Source: Mobula hypostoma (Eukaryota). Taken from it: a stretch of DNA of 64,000 bases. Both the position numbers and the translations under genes were made by a program. The stretch is taken from positions 64,234,001-64,298,000 of the forward strand of contig NC_086108.1 of NCBI RefSeq assembly GCF_963921235.1, given 5' to 3'. Of this stretch, positions 1-12,422 are shown one piece after another (the stretch's first letter is position 1; each line of letters starts with the position of its first letter). The notes under the pieces were generated by a model that did not search any database, was not told where the DNA came from, and saw only the letters and a list, made by a program, of their open reading frames with translations.

Positions 1-459
1 GTTAAAATCTCCATACTATTACTGCCTGGTTTTCCTTTGCACTATCTTCATACATCTATGTAAAAACTATCAGGAGAAGGGCATTAAGAATTCCAATCAA
101 CTGTTGTTGTGTCACATCAGAGAAAGTTTAAACTTCAGGCCTAGATATGACCTATATTAAATTCCATCTCTTCCCATTTGCTTATATTGCCTAGGTCCTT
201 TGTTAATTAAACAAACCTCAGATTAATGTTGTCAGCAAATCTGAATCACATTCATTGTTCTTCTGACCATGACGCTTAGAGACTTGAACCGCTCCACTTC
301 GTGCATCTGCTGTTTTCTATTTTTCAGCTGGTTACTCAGGCTTTTCAAGATTAACAGGCATACTCACTTCCAAAAGCATATCCAACAACATTCAAAGCTG
401 CTTGAACCCCTTAGATACATTGTACTGTTGTGTTTTTCAGAATGTATTCAGTAAATGAC

Positions 460-2923
460 TTGATGAGACTTGGATGGCTCAAGGGCAGGAATGGTTAGTT
501 AGAGTGCCAGGCTTCAGAAGTTTCAGGTAGGACAGGGAAGGAGGCAAAAGAGGTGGAGGTGTGGCACTACTGATCAGAGATAGTGTCATGGATGCAGAAA
601 AGGAGGAAGTCATGCAGGAGTCTCTGTGCGTGGATGTTAAGAACAGGAAGGGGTCAGTAACTCCACTGGGTGTTTTTTATAGACAGGGACATCGAGGAGC
701 AGATCGGGAGACAGATTCTGGAAAGGTGTAATAACAAGAGGGTCGTCATGGTCAGAGATTTTAATTTCCCAAATATTGATTGGCATCTCCCAGAGCAAGG
801 GGCTCAGCTGGAGTGGAGTTTGTTAGGTGTGTTCAGGAAGGTTTCCTGACACAATATGTAGATCAGACCACAAGAGGAGAGGCTGTACTTGATCTGGTAT
901 TGGGAAATGAACCTGGTCAGGTGTCAGGTCTCTCAGTGGGAGAGCATTTTGGAGATAGTGATCATAATTCTATCGCCTTTACCATAGCATTGGAGAGGGA
1001 TAGGAGCACACAAGTTAGGAAAGGGTTTAATTGGAGTAAGGGGAATTATGAGGCTATCAGGCAGGAAATTGGAAGTATAAATTGTGAACAGATGTTCTCA
1101 GGGAAACGTACGACAGAACTGTCGCAAATGTTCAGCGGATATTTGCGTGACATTCTGCTTAGGTATGTTCCAATAAGACAAGGAAATGATGGTAGGGTAC
1201 AGCAACCGTGGTGTACAAAGGCTGTTGAAAATCTAGTCAAGAAGAAAAGAAAAGCTTACGAAAGGTTCAAAAAACTAAGTATTGATAGAGATCTAGAAAA
1301 TTATAAGTCTACCAGGAAGGAGCTTAAGAATGAAATTAGGAGAGCTAGAATGGGCCATGAGAAGGCCTTGGTGAGCAGGATTAAGGAAAACCCCAAGGCA
1401 TTCTACAAGTATGTGAAGTGCAAGAGGATAAAACATGAGAGAATAGGACCAATCAAGTGTGACAGTGGAAAAGTGTGTATAGAACTGGAGGAGATAGCGG
1501 AGGTACCTAACGAATACTTTGCTTCAGTATTCACTACGGAAAATGACCTTGGCAATTGCAGGGATGACTTAAAGCAGACTGAAAAGCTTGAGCATAAAAA
1601 CATTAAGAAAGAGGATGTGCTGGAGCTTTTGGAAAGCATCCAGTTGGATAAGTCGCCGGGACCGGATGAGATGTACCCCAGGCTGCTGTGGGAGGCGAGG
1701 GAGGAGATTGCTGATCCTCTGGCAATGATCTTTGCATCATCAATGGGGACGGGAGAGGATCTGGAGGATTGGAGGGTTGCAGATGTTGTTCGCTTATTCA
1801 AGAAAGGGAGTAGAGATAGTCCAGGAAATTATAGACTGGTGAGTCTTACTTCAGTGGTTGGTAAGTTGGAGAAGATTCTGAGAGGCAGGCTTTATGAACA
1901 TTTGAAAAGGTATAATATGATTAGGAATAGTCAGCACAGCTTTGTCAAAGGCGGGTCGTGCATTACAAGCCCGATTACATTTTTTGAGGATGTGACTAAA
2001 CACATTGATGAAAGTAGAGCAGTAGATGTAGTGTATATGGATTTCAGCAAGGCATTTGATAAGGTACTCCAAGCAATGCTTATTGAGAAAGTAAGGAGGA
2101 TGGGATCCAAGGGGACCTTGCTTTGTGGATCCAGAATTGGCTTGCCCGCAGAAGAAAAGAGTGGTTGTAGATGAGTCATATTCTGCATGGAGGTCAGTGA
2201 CCAGTGGTGCGCCTCAGAGATCTGTTCTGGGATCCCTTCCCTTCATGATTTTCATAAATGACCTGGATTAGGAAGAGGAGGGATGGGTTAGTAAATTTGC
2301 TGATGACACATAGGTTGGGGATGTTGTGGATAGTGTGGAGAGCTGTCAGAGGTTACAGTGGGACATCGATAGGATGCAAAACTGGGCTGACAAGTGGCAG
2401 ATGGAGCTCAAACCAGATAAATGTGAGGGGGTTCATTTTTGGTAGGTCGAATATGATGGCAAATATGATGCATTGGCCTTCATCAACCGTGGGATTGAGT
2501 TTAAGTGCCGAGAGGTAACGTTACAGCTTAATAGGACTCTGGTCAGACCCCACTTGGAGTTCTGTGCTCAGTTCTGGTCACCTCACTGCAGAAAGGATGT
2601 AGAAACTATAGAAAGGGTGCAGAGGAGATTTACAAAGATGTTGCCTGGATTGGGGAGCATGCCCTATGAGAATAGGTTGAGTGAACTTTACCTTTTCTCT
2701 TTAGAGCCATGGAGGATGAGAGGTGACCTGGCAGAGGCATATAATATGATGAGAAGCATTGATTGTGTGGATAGTCAGAAGCTTTTTCCCTGGGCTAAAA
2801 TGCCTAACATGAGGGGGCACAGTTTTAAGTTCCCTGGAAGTTTGTACAAAGGAGATGTCAGGGGCAGTTTTTTTTAACGCAGAGGGTGGTGAGGGCATGA
2901 AATGGGCTGCCAGCGATGGTGGT
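460..2923 (+). mobile_element. CR1-clade LINE, decayed ORF2 (endonuclease C-terminal part plus reverse transcriptase); 5' part, interrupted by a Gypsy insertion
   Basis: ORF 780-2174 has CR1 ORF2 motifs (FLTQYVDQTTRGEAVLDLVL, GDSDHN, KSPGPDEMYPRLL, NYRLVSLTSVVGK, VDVVYMDFSKAFDKV); 2473-2877 has LVRPHLEFCAQFWSP...IERVQRRFTKM; frameshifts present. Confidence 0.93.
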
Positions 2924-3156
2924 TGTGGTAAACCATATATATATGTTGTAACTGGGTTAACTGTCTGGACACGTCCCACAGCTGACTGCCCTTGTGGCTC
3001 CTCCCACAGACCCCTGAATAAAGGTGATTTTGCCTTGCCCCTCCCCCTCAGTCCAGGGGCAGACACTCAGCATGCTGGAAGTCATAATTTACTGCAAATA
3101 AAAGCCTTTCAGTATTTATCCTACTTCAGTCTTTTGGAGTATTTGAAGGTGCATCA
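2924..3156 (+). repeat. 5' LTR of the Gypsy element
   Basis: TGTGGTAAACC...GGTGCATCA; direct repeat of 7130-7362 with 14 substitutions by manual count; AATAAA at 3097-3102. Confidence 0.96.
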
Positions 3157-3181
3157 ATTTAATTCGCAGTAATTTTAAAGC

Positions 3182-6100
3182 ATGGAACGTGCACTGAGAC
3201 CCGACAAGTTATACCTCGACCCGCAAACACCTGAAGCTGAAAACGCTTTTGAACTCTGACTGGCTTGCTTCGAATTGTACCCAGAGGAGATTAAAGCGAC
3301 CAACCCCGCAGCGGAGCACAGAGTTCTATTCTCCGGGGTCAGTCCAAGGGTCTACTCGATGATCAGAGACCAGCCGAGCTACGACAGCACGATGAGCGCA
3401 CTCAAAGGACAATACCTGCGGCCACTAACCACCGTCTATGCACGGCACCGATTAGCGACTCGGTACCAGCAACCTGGGGAATCAAGTGCTGTGTTTGTCT
3501 GGACACTACAGACACTCGTGCGAGCCTGCAATTGCCAGGGGCTGACGGCAGGACAGCATGCAGCCTAGTGAGAGACTCCTTCGTCATGGGGACCAGGTCA
3601 GTGTATGTGAGCCAGCGGCTGTTGGAAAAAGCTGATCTTACCTTAAGTTCGGCGATCGAGCTGGCCGACACGCTGGAGGCTGCTCTGCACAACTCTGAGG
3701 CTCTCCAGGCACGCGATCCCCCGATGGCCTCGTGGGCGCTGCAGACCCCGCAACCTGCCGGCAAATCGACCTTGGCTGCTGCCAGTTGCGAGTCCGCGAA
3801 GTGCTACTTCTGCGGACTGGAGAAGCACCCCCAGAAACGCTGCCTGGCCCGAGAAGCTACCTGCTCCAGCTGCGGAAAGGAGGGCCACTTCGCCAAGGTC
3901 TGTAAGTCCAAACCACGAGCGGGATCGAGCAGTGCCGTGTGCAAGACATGGGGGTCGCCATCTTCCCTGCACGCCGCCACCACGTGTGAGACATGGGGGC
4001 GGCCATCTTGGTTGGCGCCACCTCCCACTGCCTACGACCAACGGGTGCTCACGGGGCACCCCACCGCGCCGGACCAAGACAGCGACTCAACCCTGGCCTC
4101 CGTGACCCTCGACCAAAGCGCTCCCCACCAGCTCACAAGGTCAATGATGGACATCCTGGTGGAGGGGCACAGGAAGAGCTGCCTGTTTGACACGAGCTGC
4201 ACGGAGAGTTTTATCCACCCAGACACGGTGCAGCATTGCGGACTCGCAATACGACCGGTAAGTCAGAGGGTCGCAATGGCTTCTGGCTCACATACAACAG
4301 ACATCTGGGGGGGATTGTGTAGCGACGCTAGTGGTGCAGGGCACAGGATATCGAGACTTTACGTTACTGGTCACGCCTCAACTGTGTGCCCCTGTGCTAT
4401 TGGGGCTCGACTTCCAGAGCCACCTGAAAAGCGTGATAATGGAGTATATTGGACCCCTCCCACCAATTACTGTCGTAAATCCCCAGTTTTGTAGGGATAC
4501 GTCACATACCCCACTACTGACCACACACACACACCGACCTGCACATCCCACCCAACACCATGCCAACTGCCGCTCTACCAACGCCACTTGCGGCCTCTCC
4601 ACCCTCAAGATCCCTCCCCCACCGCTGTTCACCAACCTGACCCCCGACTGTAAACCTGTGGCAACTAAAAGCAGGAGGTACAGCGCGGGGGACAGAGCCT
4701 TCATTAAGTCGGAGGTGCAGCGGCTGCTCAGGGAGGGGGTCATTGAGGCAAGCACAAGTCCTTGGAGGGCGCAGGTGGTCATTGTTCGGAACAGGGAGAA
4801 GAATAGGATGGTCATGGACTATAGTCAGACCATCAATAGGTTGACACAGCTCGACGCGTACCCTTTACCCCGCACCGTGGATATGGTCAGTCAGATAGCA
4901 CAGTACAAGGTGTACTCGACCATAGACCTAAAATCCACTTACCATCAGCTCCCCATCCGCCGGGAGAACCGCCCTTACACTGCCTTCGAGGCGGACGGCA
5001 GGCTTTATCAATTCCTGTGCGTCCCCTTCGGTGTCACGAATGGTGAATCTGTCTTCCAGAGGGAAATGGACCGGATGGTGGACCAGTGCCAACTGAAGGC
5101 CACATTCCCACATCTGGATAACATCACCATCTGCGGTCACGACCGGCAGGATCACAACAATATCCTCCAAAAATTTCTCCAAGTGGCCAAAGCTTTGAAT
5201 CTCACCAATAACAAGGACAAGCGTGTGTTCGGAACCACCCAACTTGCTATCCTTGGATGTGTCGTGGAAAACGGAGTCATTGGCCCTGACCCCGACCGTA
5301 TGCGCCCCCTGTTGGAACTCCCTCTTCCCAACACCCTCACAGCCCTCAAATTGTGCCTGGCTTCTTTTCATATTATGCCCAATGGGTCTCTAACTACACA
5401 GACAAGGCCCGCCCCCTGGTCAAATCCACCACATTCCCCCTCTCAGCCGAGGCCCGCGCGGCCTTCAGCTGCATTAAAGGGGACATTGCCACAGCAGCAA
5501 TGCATGCGGTGGATGAGGCCATTCCCTTCCAAGTAAAGAGTGACGCCTCCGACTTTGCGCTGGCTGCTACCCTCAACCAGGCGGGAAGACCGGTGGCGTT
5601 CTTCTCCTGTACCCTTCAAGGCCCTGAAATTCGGCACTCCGCAGTAGAGAAAGAGGCCCAGGCCATAGTGGAAGCTATTAGGCACTGGAGGCACTATCTC
5701 GCCAGCAAAAAGTTCACCTGCTAACTGACCAGCGCTCAGTCGCATTCATGTGTAGTAACCAACAGTGGGGCAAAATTAAAAATGATAAAATTCTGAGGTG
5801 GAGAATCGAACTCTCCATGTACATCATGTACATCATGTACATCATGTACAGGCCTGGGAAGCTCAACGAGCCCTCCGATGCCATATCCCGGGGAACGTGC
5901 GCCAGCACGCAGATTGACCGGTTATACGCCCTACATGTAGATCTTTGCCACCCGGGGGTCACCCGGCTTTTCTACTTAGTGAAAGCCCGGAACCTGCCTT
6001 ACTCCCTTGAGGAGATCAAGACGATGACCAGGGACTGCCAAGTCTGCGCAGAGAGCAAACCACACTTCTACCGACCCGAAAAGGCACAACTCATCAAGGC

Positions 6101-6959
6101 CACCCGCCCCTTTGAGCGACTGAGTGTTGACTTTAAGGGCCCCCTTCCCTCCACTGACCGCAATGTGTACTTTCTTAACGTTATCGACGAGTACCCGTGG
6201 TTCCCCTTCGCCATCCCCTGCCCCGATACCACTACTATGTCAGTTATAAAAGCCCTGCGCAAGCTCTTCACTCTGTTTGGATACCCATGCTATATCCACA
6301 GTGACAGAGGGTCCTCGTTTATGAGTGACGAGCTGCGCCAATACCTGCTGGCTAGGGGAATTGCAGCTAGTAGGACCACGAGCTATAATCCCCGGGGGAA
6401 TGGACAAGTAGAGAAGGAGAATGGCACGGTGTGGAAATCCACACTCTTAGCCCTCAGGTCAAAGGGACTGCTGGTCTCCCGCTGGCAGGAGGTCCTTCCC
6501 GAGGCACTCCACTCCATCCGCTTCCCGTTATGCACATCCACCAATGCCACCCCTCATGAGCGGCTCTTTTCTTTTCCCAGTAAGTCGACCACTGGGACCA
6601 CCCTACCAACTTGGCTTACGTCCCCGGGGCCAGTCTTGCTCCGGAAACATGCGAGGAGCGATAAATACTCCCCGATGGTCGAGAGGGTGCACTTACTTCA
6701 TGCGAACCCCCAGTATGCCTACGTGGTTTTACCTGATGGGCGGGAGGACACGGTCTCCATCCGTGACCTGGTGCCCACAGGAGCACTGGTCTCCTACCCT
6801 GAACACTCCATGGTGACTATTAACCCCGTATCCACCGATATATATACCCACCAGACACCGCGCACTCCAAGCCCTACACAGACGCCACACAACACTCCCA
6901 TACCGGGCGCGATGCACACACATGAGGGATTAACAACACCTAACGTGCTAACACCTTAA
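3182..6959 (+). pseudogene. Gypsy gag-pol, broken by one premature stop and about four frameshifts
   Basis: ATG at 3182, TGA at 3257; two zinc knuckles (CYFCGLEKHPQKRC, CSSCGKEGHFAKVC); protease LFDTSCTESF; RT IDLKSTYHQL...PFGVTNG...HLDNITI; RNase H SDASDFALAATL; integrase HVDLCHPG...CQVC, VDFKGP, HSDRGSSF, NGQVEKEN. Confidence 0.93.
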
Positions 6960-7111
6960 GTCAGGCCGGAGCCAGCACAACCGCCATCGCCGGTGCAATT
7001 ACCACCGGTGTTACGTAGATCACAGTGACGGACTCGACCGCCTGATAGACTTAACCTGTAAATATACTTCTTGTAAGTATTGTCAGTCACTTCACCCCGC
7101 GGGACTCTTTT

Positions 7112-7129
7112 AAAAAAAAGGAGGGTGAA
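7112..7129 (+). other. Polypurine tract of the Gypsy element
   Basis: AAAAAAAAGGAGGGTGAA directly before the TG of the 3' LTR at 7130. Confidence 0.88.
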
Positions 7130-7362
7130 TGTGGTAAACCATATATATATGTTGTAACTGGGTTAACTGTCTGGACACGCCCCTCTGCTGACTGCCCCTG
7201 TGGCTCCTCCCACAGACCCCTGAATAAAGGTGATTTCGTCTTGCCCCTCCTCCTCAGTCCAGGGGCAGACACTCAGCATACTGGAAGTCATATTTTACAG
7301 CGAATAAAAGCCTTTCAGTATTTACCCTACTTCAGTCTTTTGGAGTAATTGAAGGTGGATCA
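7130..7362 (+). repeat. 3' LTR of the Gypsy element
   Basis: TGTGGTAAACC...GGTGGATCA followed by the target duplication GTGGT. Confidence 0.96.
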
Positions 7363-7551
7363 GTGGTGGAGGCGGATACGATAGGGATAGGTACATGGAG
7401 CTTAGAAAAATATAGGGCTATGGGTATACCTAGGTAAAATATAGGGCTATGGGTATACCTAAGTAATTTCTAAAATAAGTACATGTTCGGCACAGCATCG
7501 TGGGTCGAAGTGCCTGTATTGTGCAGTAGGTTTTCTATGTTTCTATGTTTC
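7363..7551 (+). mobile_element. 3' end of the host CR1 LINE (continues 460-2923)
   Basis: Removing the provirus rejoins ...CAGCGATGGTGGT to GGAGGCGGATACG...; ends in the CR1-type tail TTCTATGTTTCTATGTTTC; 29-bp tandem duplication at 7407-7464. Confidence 0.88.
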
Positions 7552-8026
7552 CAGAAAAGCACTGCAAAAAAAATGTATTGCAGGGTTGTCAAGCAGAACC
7601 TTCTGTGCTTGCTGTCATTTACTGAGTTATTTTCATAATTATGTTTCTTCTGGCTGATTGGTTCTATTATTTGACAAGTTTTTGAGATGAGATTAATGGG
7701 CCTATAGTCAGTGGGGATGGTTTCCTTGTTGCTGACTCTGTTACAGTCATACCAACAATGAGAGGGCAGCCATTTAGTGACCATCACTTTCCAAAAGTTC
7801 TTCTGTTTAACTGAGGCAAATTATTGAATGGGTTAAAAGAAGCACATTTCACCTCTTATTTTTAAGGTAATAAAACACTTAGCCTGCCATAACACTCCAC
7901 CATATCTGAAGAATATCTCAGAAATGACAACTTGACTGTTTGAACCTTACGGCATCTTACCACTCACAAACCAACAGAGACTTTAAGGAAGCTTGTCTCT
8001 AGAACCAAGGTGCCAGTAATGACAAA

Positions 8027-8305
8027 CCATATAACCATATAACAATTACAGCATGGAAACAGGCTATCTTGGCCCTTCTAGTCTGTGCCGAACTCTTATT
8101 CTCACCTAGTCCCACTGACCTGCACTCAGCCTATAACCCTCCATCCCTTTCCTGTCCATATATCTATCCAATTTAACTTTAAACGACAACATCGAACCTG
8201 CCTCAACCACTTCTGCTGGAAGCTCGTTCCACACAGCTACCACTCTCTGAGTAAAGAAGTTCCCCCTCATGTTACCCCTAAACTTCTGCCCTTTAACTCT
8301 CAACT
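8027..8305 (-). mobile_element. CR1 3' fragment inserted into the Penelope-like element
   Basis: Minus ORF RGNFFTQRVVAVWNELPAEVVEAG; (AACCATAT)n tail; flanked by candidate duplication AATGACAAA at 8018-8026 and 8316-8324. Confidence 0.85.
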
Positions 8306-8745
8306 TTCATTCAAAAATGACAAAAGTAATGTGGTGTACAGGGTCACCTGTGGAGACTGCAATAAGAACTATGTCGGCCAGACAGGACGTAAACTCTCCA
8401 CTCGTTTACAGAAACACAAACTGGTGGTATTGGAGTCATTATCCATATTTTCTAATCCTGGTACATGAAAGCCAAGAAGGACAGCACTTTAACTGGGATA
8501 CCACAGAGGTTCTGTCGCAGGCAAACAAGAAGCAGGCATGAGAATTTTTAGAAGCGTGGTTCTCTTCTGATAACCCTGTAAGCAAACATGTCAAAATAGA
8601 TGCCATCTATGAACCCCTAAGAACCAAAGAAAAGCGGGCCAATAGAAATCAAAAGTCAACTGAACGGGTAGCCAATCAGGACCAAACCTAGTGAATGGGG
8701 TCACATATAAATGCGAGCACTCCCAGAGAGAAATACCAACAACAG

Positions 8746-8787
8746 TGCACTGAAGATGTCACCTCAACTGGTGATGAAACATCTGCA
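8746..8787 (+). ncRNA. Minimal type I hammerhead ribozyme motif (probably decayed)
   Basis: TGCA-CTGAAGA-T-GTCACC-TCAACT-GGTGAT-GAAAC-ATC-TGCA; ATC replaces GTC at the cleavage triplet, consistent with CpG decay. Confidence 0.7.
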
Positions 8788-9409
8788 AGCTAATTGCTCA
8801 GCTCAGCCAACACTGCAACATCATCACTTCACCATGTTCCACCAATCATCCAGTGGAGCTACACAGTGGAACAGGGGCAGCTCTGAATAGACTCCTTATC
8901 TTTGAGTTTCTCTCAACTGAAAAAACAATCCTGACCCCAAAATTCAAAATTCCCTGTCTTCTATGAGATTGTATCTTATTTCATCTATTCTAAGAATTAT
9001 CCTAAATTGTTGAACCACATCAAAGCTCCAGTGAGAAAGGTTCCAGTCATTCTAAAAGACCTTAAAATGCATCACTTTCTTTTCTGGGGAACTCATTATT
9101 GGCATATACTTCAGTATTGCCTCAAGCCTTTCAGAAGGAGAATGGAACTAGACAATGGTGTCATTGTCCATTTGACTGACAGAAATTTGATATCCACTTG
9201 CTTTATTAAATTTGGTCATTAGTGTAAAAATGAAGTATAACAATCAAATCTTCAATCTCCATGCAAGCAATTTTCAGAATCTAAGACCTCAGACAGTGAA
9301 CTTGGAAGAATGAGTAAACAAAACTGCATCAGGCAAAAAAAGCATCTTAATTCCCAGTTGATACTGCTAATGCTGAGAGAATATCTTAAGCCCATTAATT
9401 GTTTATTCA

Positions 9410-9560
9410 TTATACATTCAAAGTTAAGAGAGTTTATGACCACATGGGCATCAAGAGTTATGGAGATCAGGAGGGAAAGTGATATTGAGGCCAACTATCA
9501 GATTGGCCTTCATTCTTTGAAGGGTCAAGGAGCTGAATGGCCTTCTCCTGCTATCCTTTT
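9410..9560 (+). mobile_element. Old CR1 3' fragment
   Basis: GGCATCAAGAGTTATGGAGA...GGAGCTGAATGGCCTTCTCCTGCT resembles the CR1 3' UTRs elsewhere in the window. Confidence 0.55.
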
Positions 9561-10409
9561 GTCCTTATTAATTTCATTAAAGAATACTGACCAGTTGTAA
9601 TGCTCATTTTGGATCCTGTCCTGACAACTGGAGATGTGAAGTCATGGGATCATTTGCTCCAGTGATATGTGATTTCACCTTGTCTCAAATAGTCACCTCA
9701 AAAAGGTAGAACCAGCCATCACTGATCTTGGAACATAATCAGAAGTCTGAACACACATCACAGTACTACCATTTATAGGTGTGTAATGTACTGTGCTGCT
9801 GCTGCTGCTGCCAGAATCTACTTTTCGTGGTATTTATATCCCCTGTATGTACACCTATTACAGCAATAAACTTATCCCTGCCTCTGGTCCAGTGCATGTA
9901 GAGTCAGAGCCAATTCCTTACAGTGTAATACAAGTCTGCAGTTTTGTAAGGATTTGGATCAAAACTAAATTACCATGAAACTACATAGACAATATAATAC
10001 AATGTAAATCAGAAATATTCCTTCTGTGGGCATTTAAAATATCAAACCTGTTCAAGTAGGCCCTTGGTGGCATTTATTTTAAAAAGTTAAGAAACAGCAG
10101 AATGCTTATTGGACCTCACTGTGATGAACCACAAACAATAACCTTCCCACAACCAACTAACCCTCCCCACAGGTTTCTGCTGAAAACTAGTTAGGGTGAA
10201 TGTTTTGGCGTCTGTTATTCCCGCCACATTGAAAGTTTTTCCGACTTCCACATCTCCAGAAAATCTAGGTCAAAACACTTCACTGCAAAGGTTCTGAGCA
10301 GAGTGAATATCAAAAGGGCAGATACAAAATGTCTGCTTATCCACATTGTGGGTGATAGGATGTGGATGCCTGCAAAGCCTCAGATGAGGCAAGCAACTAA
10401 GGTGATGCA

Positions 10410-10680
10410 GACACAGAGCATGAAACAGTACAGTACAGCAAATGGCCCCTCAGCTCACTGTGTCTGTGCTGAGCAACGAGCCAAATTAATCTAACTCTCT
10501 TCTGCCTATACACAATCCATAGCCCTCCATTCTCTTCATATTCACATGTCTATCCAACACCACCAGCCCTAGAAGCCCATTCCAGGGACCCACCACTCTT
10601 TGTGGTGAAAACTTGCCATGCACATCCCCTTTAAACCTTTCCCTTCTCAGCTTAAATGCATGATCTCTAGTACTTGATTG
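10410..10680 (-). mobile_element. Old CR1 3' fragment
   Basis: Reverse complement resembles CR1 3' ends (ACAGTACAGCA...GGCCC; CCCACCACTCT; CCCCTTTAAAC). Confidence 0.6.
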
Positions 10681-11282
10681 TGTGGGGGAACTGGATATTG
10701 GTCATTACCTTCAACTATGTTTGGATGATGTTGAGATGTGTCCAAAGGTTCCCTCCATGGAATATATCCCTGCTCAGCTTCACAATTCTCTTCTAAGTAT
10801 AGTAGATTACAAAGATTGTTATCACCTGATCTGCATCCTCTATCTATGCAACCTTTTATACATCTGGAAGTTCTCCAAAATCAAATAGACCACAGTTTTG
10901 CTCTGTCCAGCAGCAAAAATCTTAGACTCATCACTGAAGTTCAGGGTGTTGAGCAGCTCCTTCAATGCACATAAAATAATTAAATTGTTCCCTTTCAAAC
11001 AAGTGTTCCAGTTAGTTCCCTCTGAAGATTGAACTACATGCTTTAAAGAACCACTGCACAACCTGGTTTCAGATATCCAGTGAACCAGACAGCAGAATGA
11101 CTTGACCCAGAGACTTTCCATTGAAATGAAAGGGAGACATAGGATTCTAGAACTGAGTCAGACCTGCTACCTTTGTTAAATTAGTCCAGGTGCAGAAAAA
11201 AGGTGAAAGCAATAAAACTTCTGAGGAAAACTTAAATTGCGGTAGATATTAATTAAGAAATGCTGATTTATTAATGTCTTAG

Positions 11283-12422
11283 GAACATAAGACCATAAGA
11301 TATAGGAGCAGAAGTAGGCCATTCAGCCCATCAAGTCTGCTCCACCATTCAATCATGGGCTGATCCTCCCCCTATACCCTTTGATGCCCTGGGTAATCAA
11401 GAACCTATCTATCTCTGCCTTAAATACACCCAATGACTTGGCCTCCACAGCCATTCATGGCAACAAATTCCACATATTTACCACCCACTGACTAAAGTAA
11501 TTTCTCCTCATCTCTGTTCTAAATGGATGTCCTTCAACCCTGAAGTCATGCCCTCCTGTCCTAGAATCCCCTGCCATGGGAAATAACTTTGCCATATCTA
11601 ATCCGTTCAGGCCTTTTAACATTTGGAATGTTTCTATGAGATCCCCCCTCATTCTCCTGAACTCCAGGGAATACAGGTCAAGAGCCGCCAGATGTTCCTC
11701 ATACAGTAACCCTTCCACTCCTGGAATCATTCTCGTGAATCTTCTCTGAAGCCTCTCCAATGTCAGTAGATCCTTTCCAAAATAAGTAGCCCAATACTTC
11801 AAGTGCAGTCTCATGAGCGCCCTATAAAGCCTCAATATCACATCCCTGTTATTATATTCTACACTCTAGAAATGGATGCCAAAATTGCATTCACCTTCTT
11901 CACAACCGACTCAACCTGGAGGTTAACCTTTAGGGTATCTTCCATAATGACTCCCAAGTTCCTTTGCATCTCCGCATTTTGAATTCTCTCCCCATCTAAA
12001 TAATAGTCTGCCTGTTTATTTCTTCCACCAAAGTGCATGACCATACACTTTCCAACATTGTATTTCATTTGCCATTTCTTTGCCCATTCCCCTAACCTAT
12101 TTAAGTCTCTCTGCAGGCTCTCTGTTTCCTCAACACTACCCGCTCCTCCACCTATCTTTGTAACATTGGCAAATTTAGCCACAAATCCATTAATCCCATA
12201 GTCCAGATCATTGACATACATCGTAAAAAGCAGCAGTCCCAACACCAGTCCCTGTGGAACTCCACTGGTAACTGGCAGCCAGCCAGAATAGGATCCTTCA
12301 CTCCACTCTCTGTTTTCTGCCAATCAGTTAATGCTCCACCTATGCTAGTAACTTCCCTGTAATTCCATGAGCTCTTATCTTGCTAAGCAGCCTCATGTGC
12401 AACACCTTGTCAAAGGCCTTCT
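11283..12422 (-). mobile_element. CR1 LINE, 5'-truncated RT and 3' UTR
   Basis: Minus ORFs with VTSGVPQGLVLGLLLF, VAKFANVTKIGG, LERLQRRFTRMIPG; ATAAGACCATAAGA tail. Confidence 0.92.

Larger units (their letters stand above)
2924..7362 (+). mobile_element. Full-length but defective Ty3/Gypsy LTR retrotransposon (Mag-like gag)
   Basis: Two 233-bp TG...CA LTRs; 5-bp target duplication GTGGT at 2919-2923 and 7363-7367; polypurine tract before the 3' LTR; gag-PR-RT-RH-IN domain order. Confidence 0.96.
7880..8830 (+). mobile_element. Penelope-like element remnant (linker, GIY-YIG endonuclease, 3' end with hammerhead motif)
   Basis: TLPYLKNISEM...HKPTETLR linker; KSNVVYRVTCGDCNKNYVGQTGRKLSTRLQKHK GIY-YIG motif; CTGAAGA...GAAAC core at 8750-8780. 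Confidence 0.85.

Noticed and set aside
3402..6923. Many antisense and alternative-frame ORFs over the Gypsy element
   Set aside because: Expected shadows of GC-rich coding sequence
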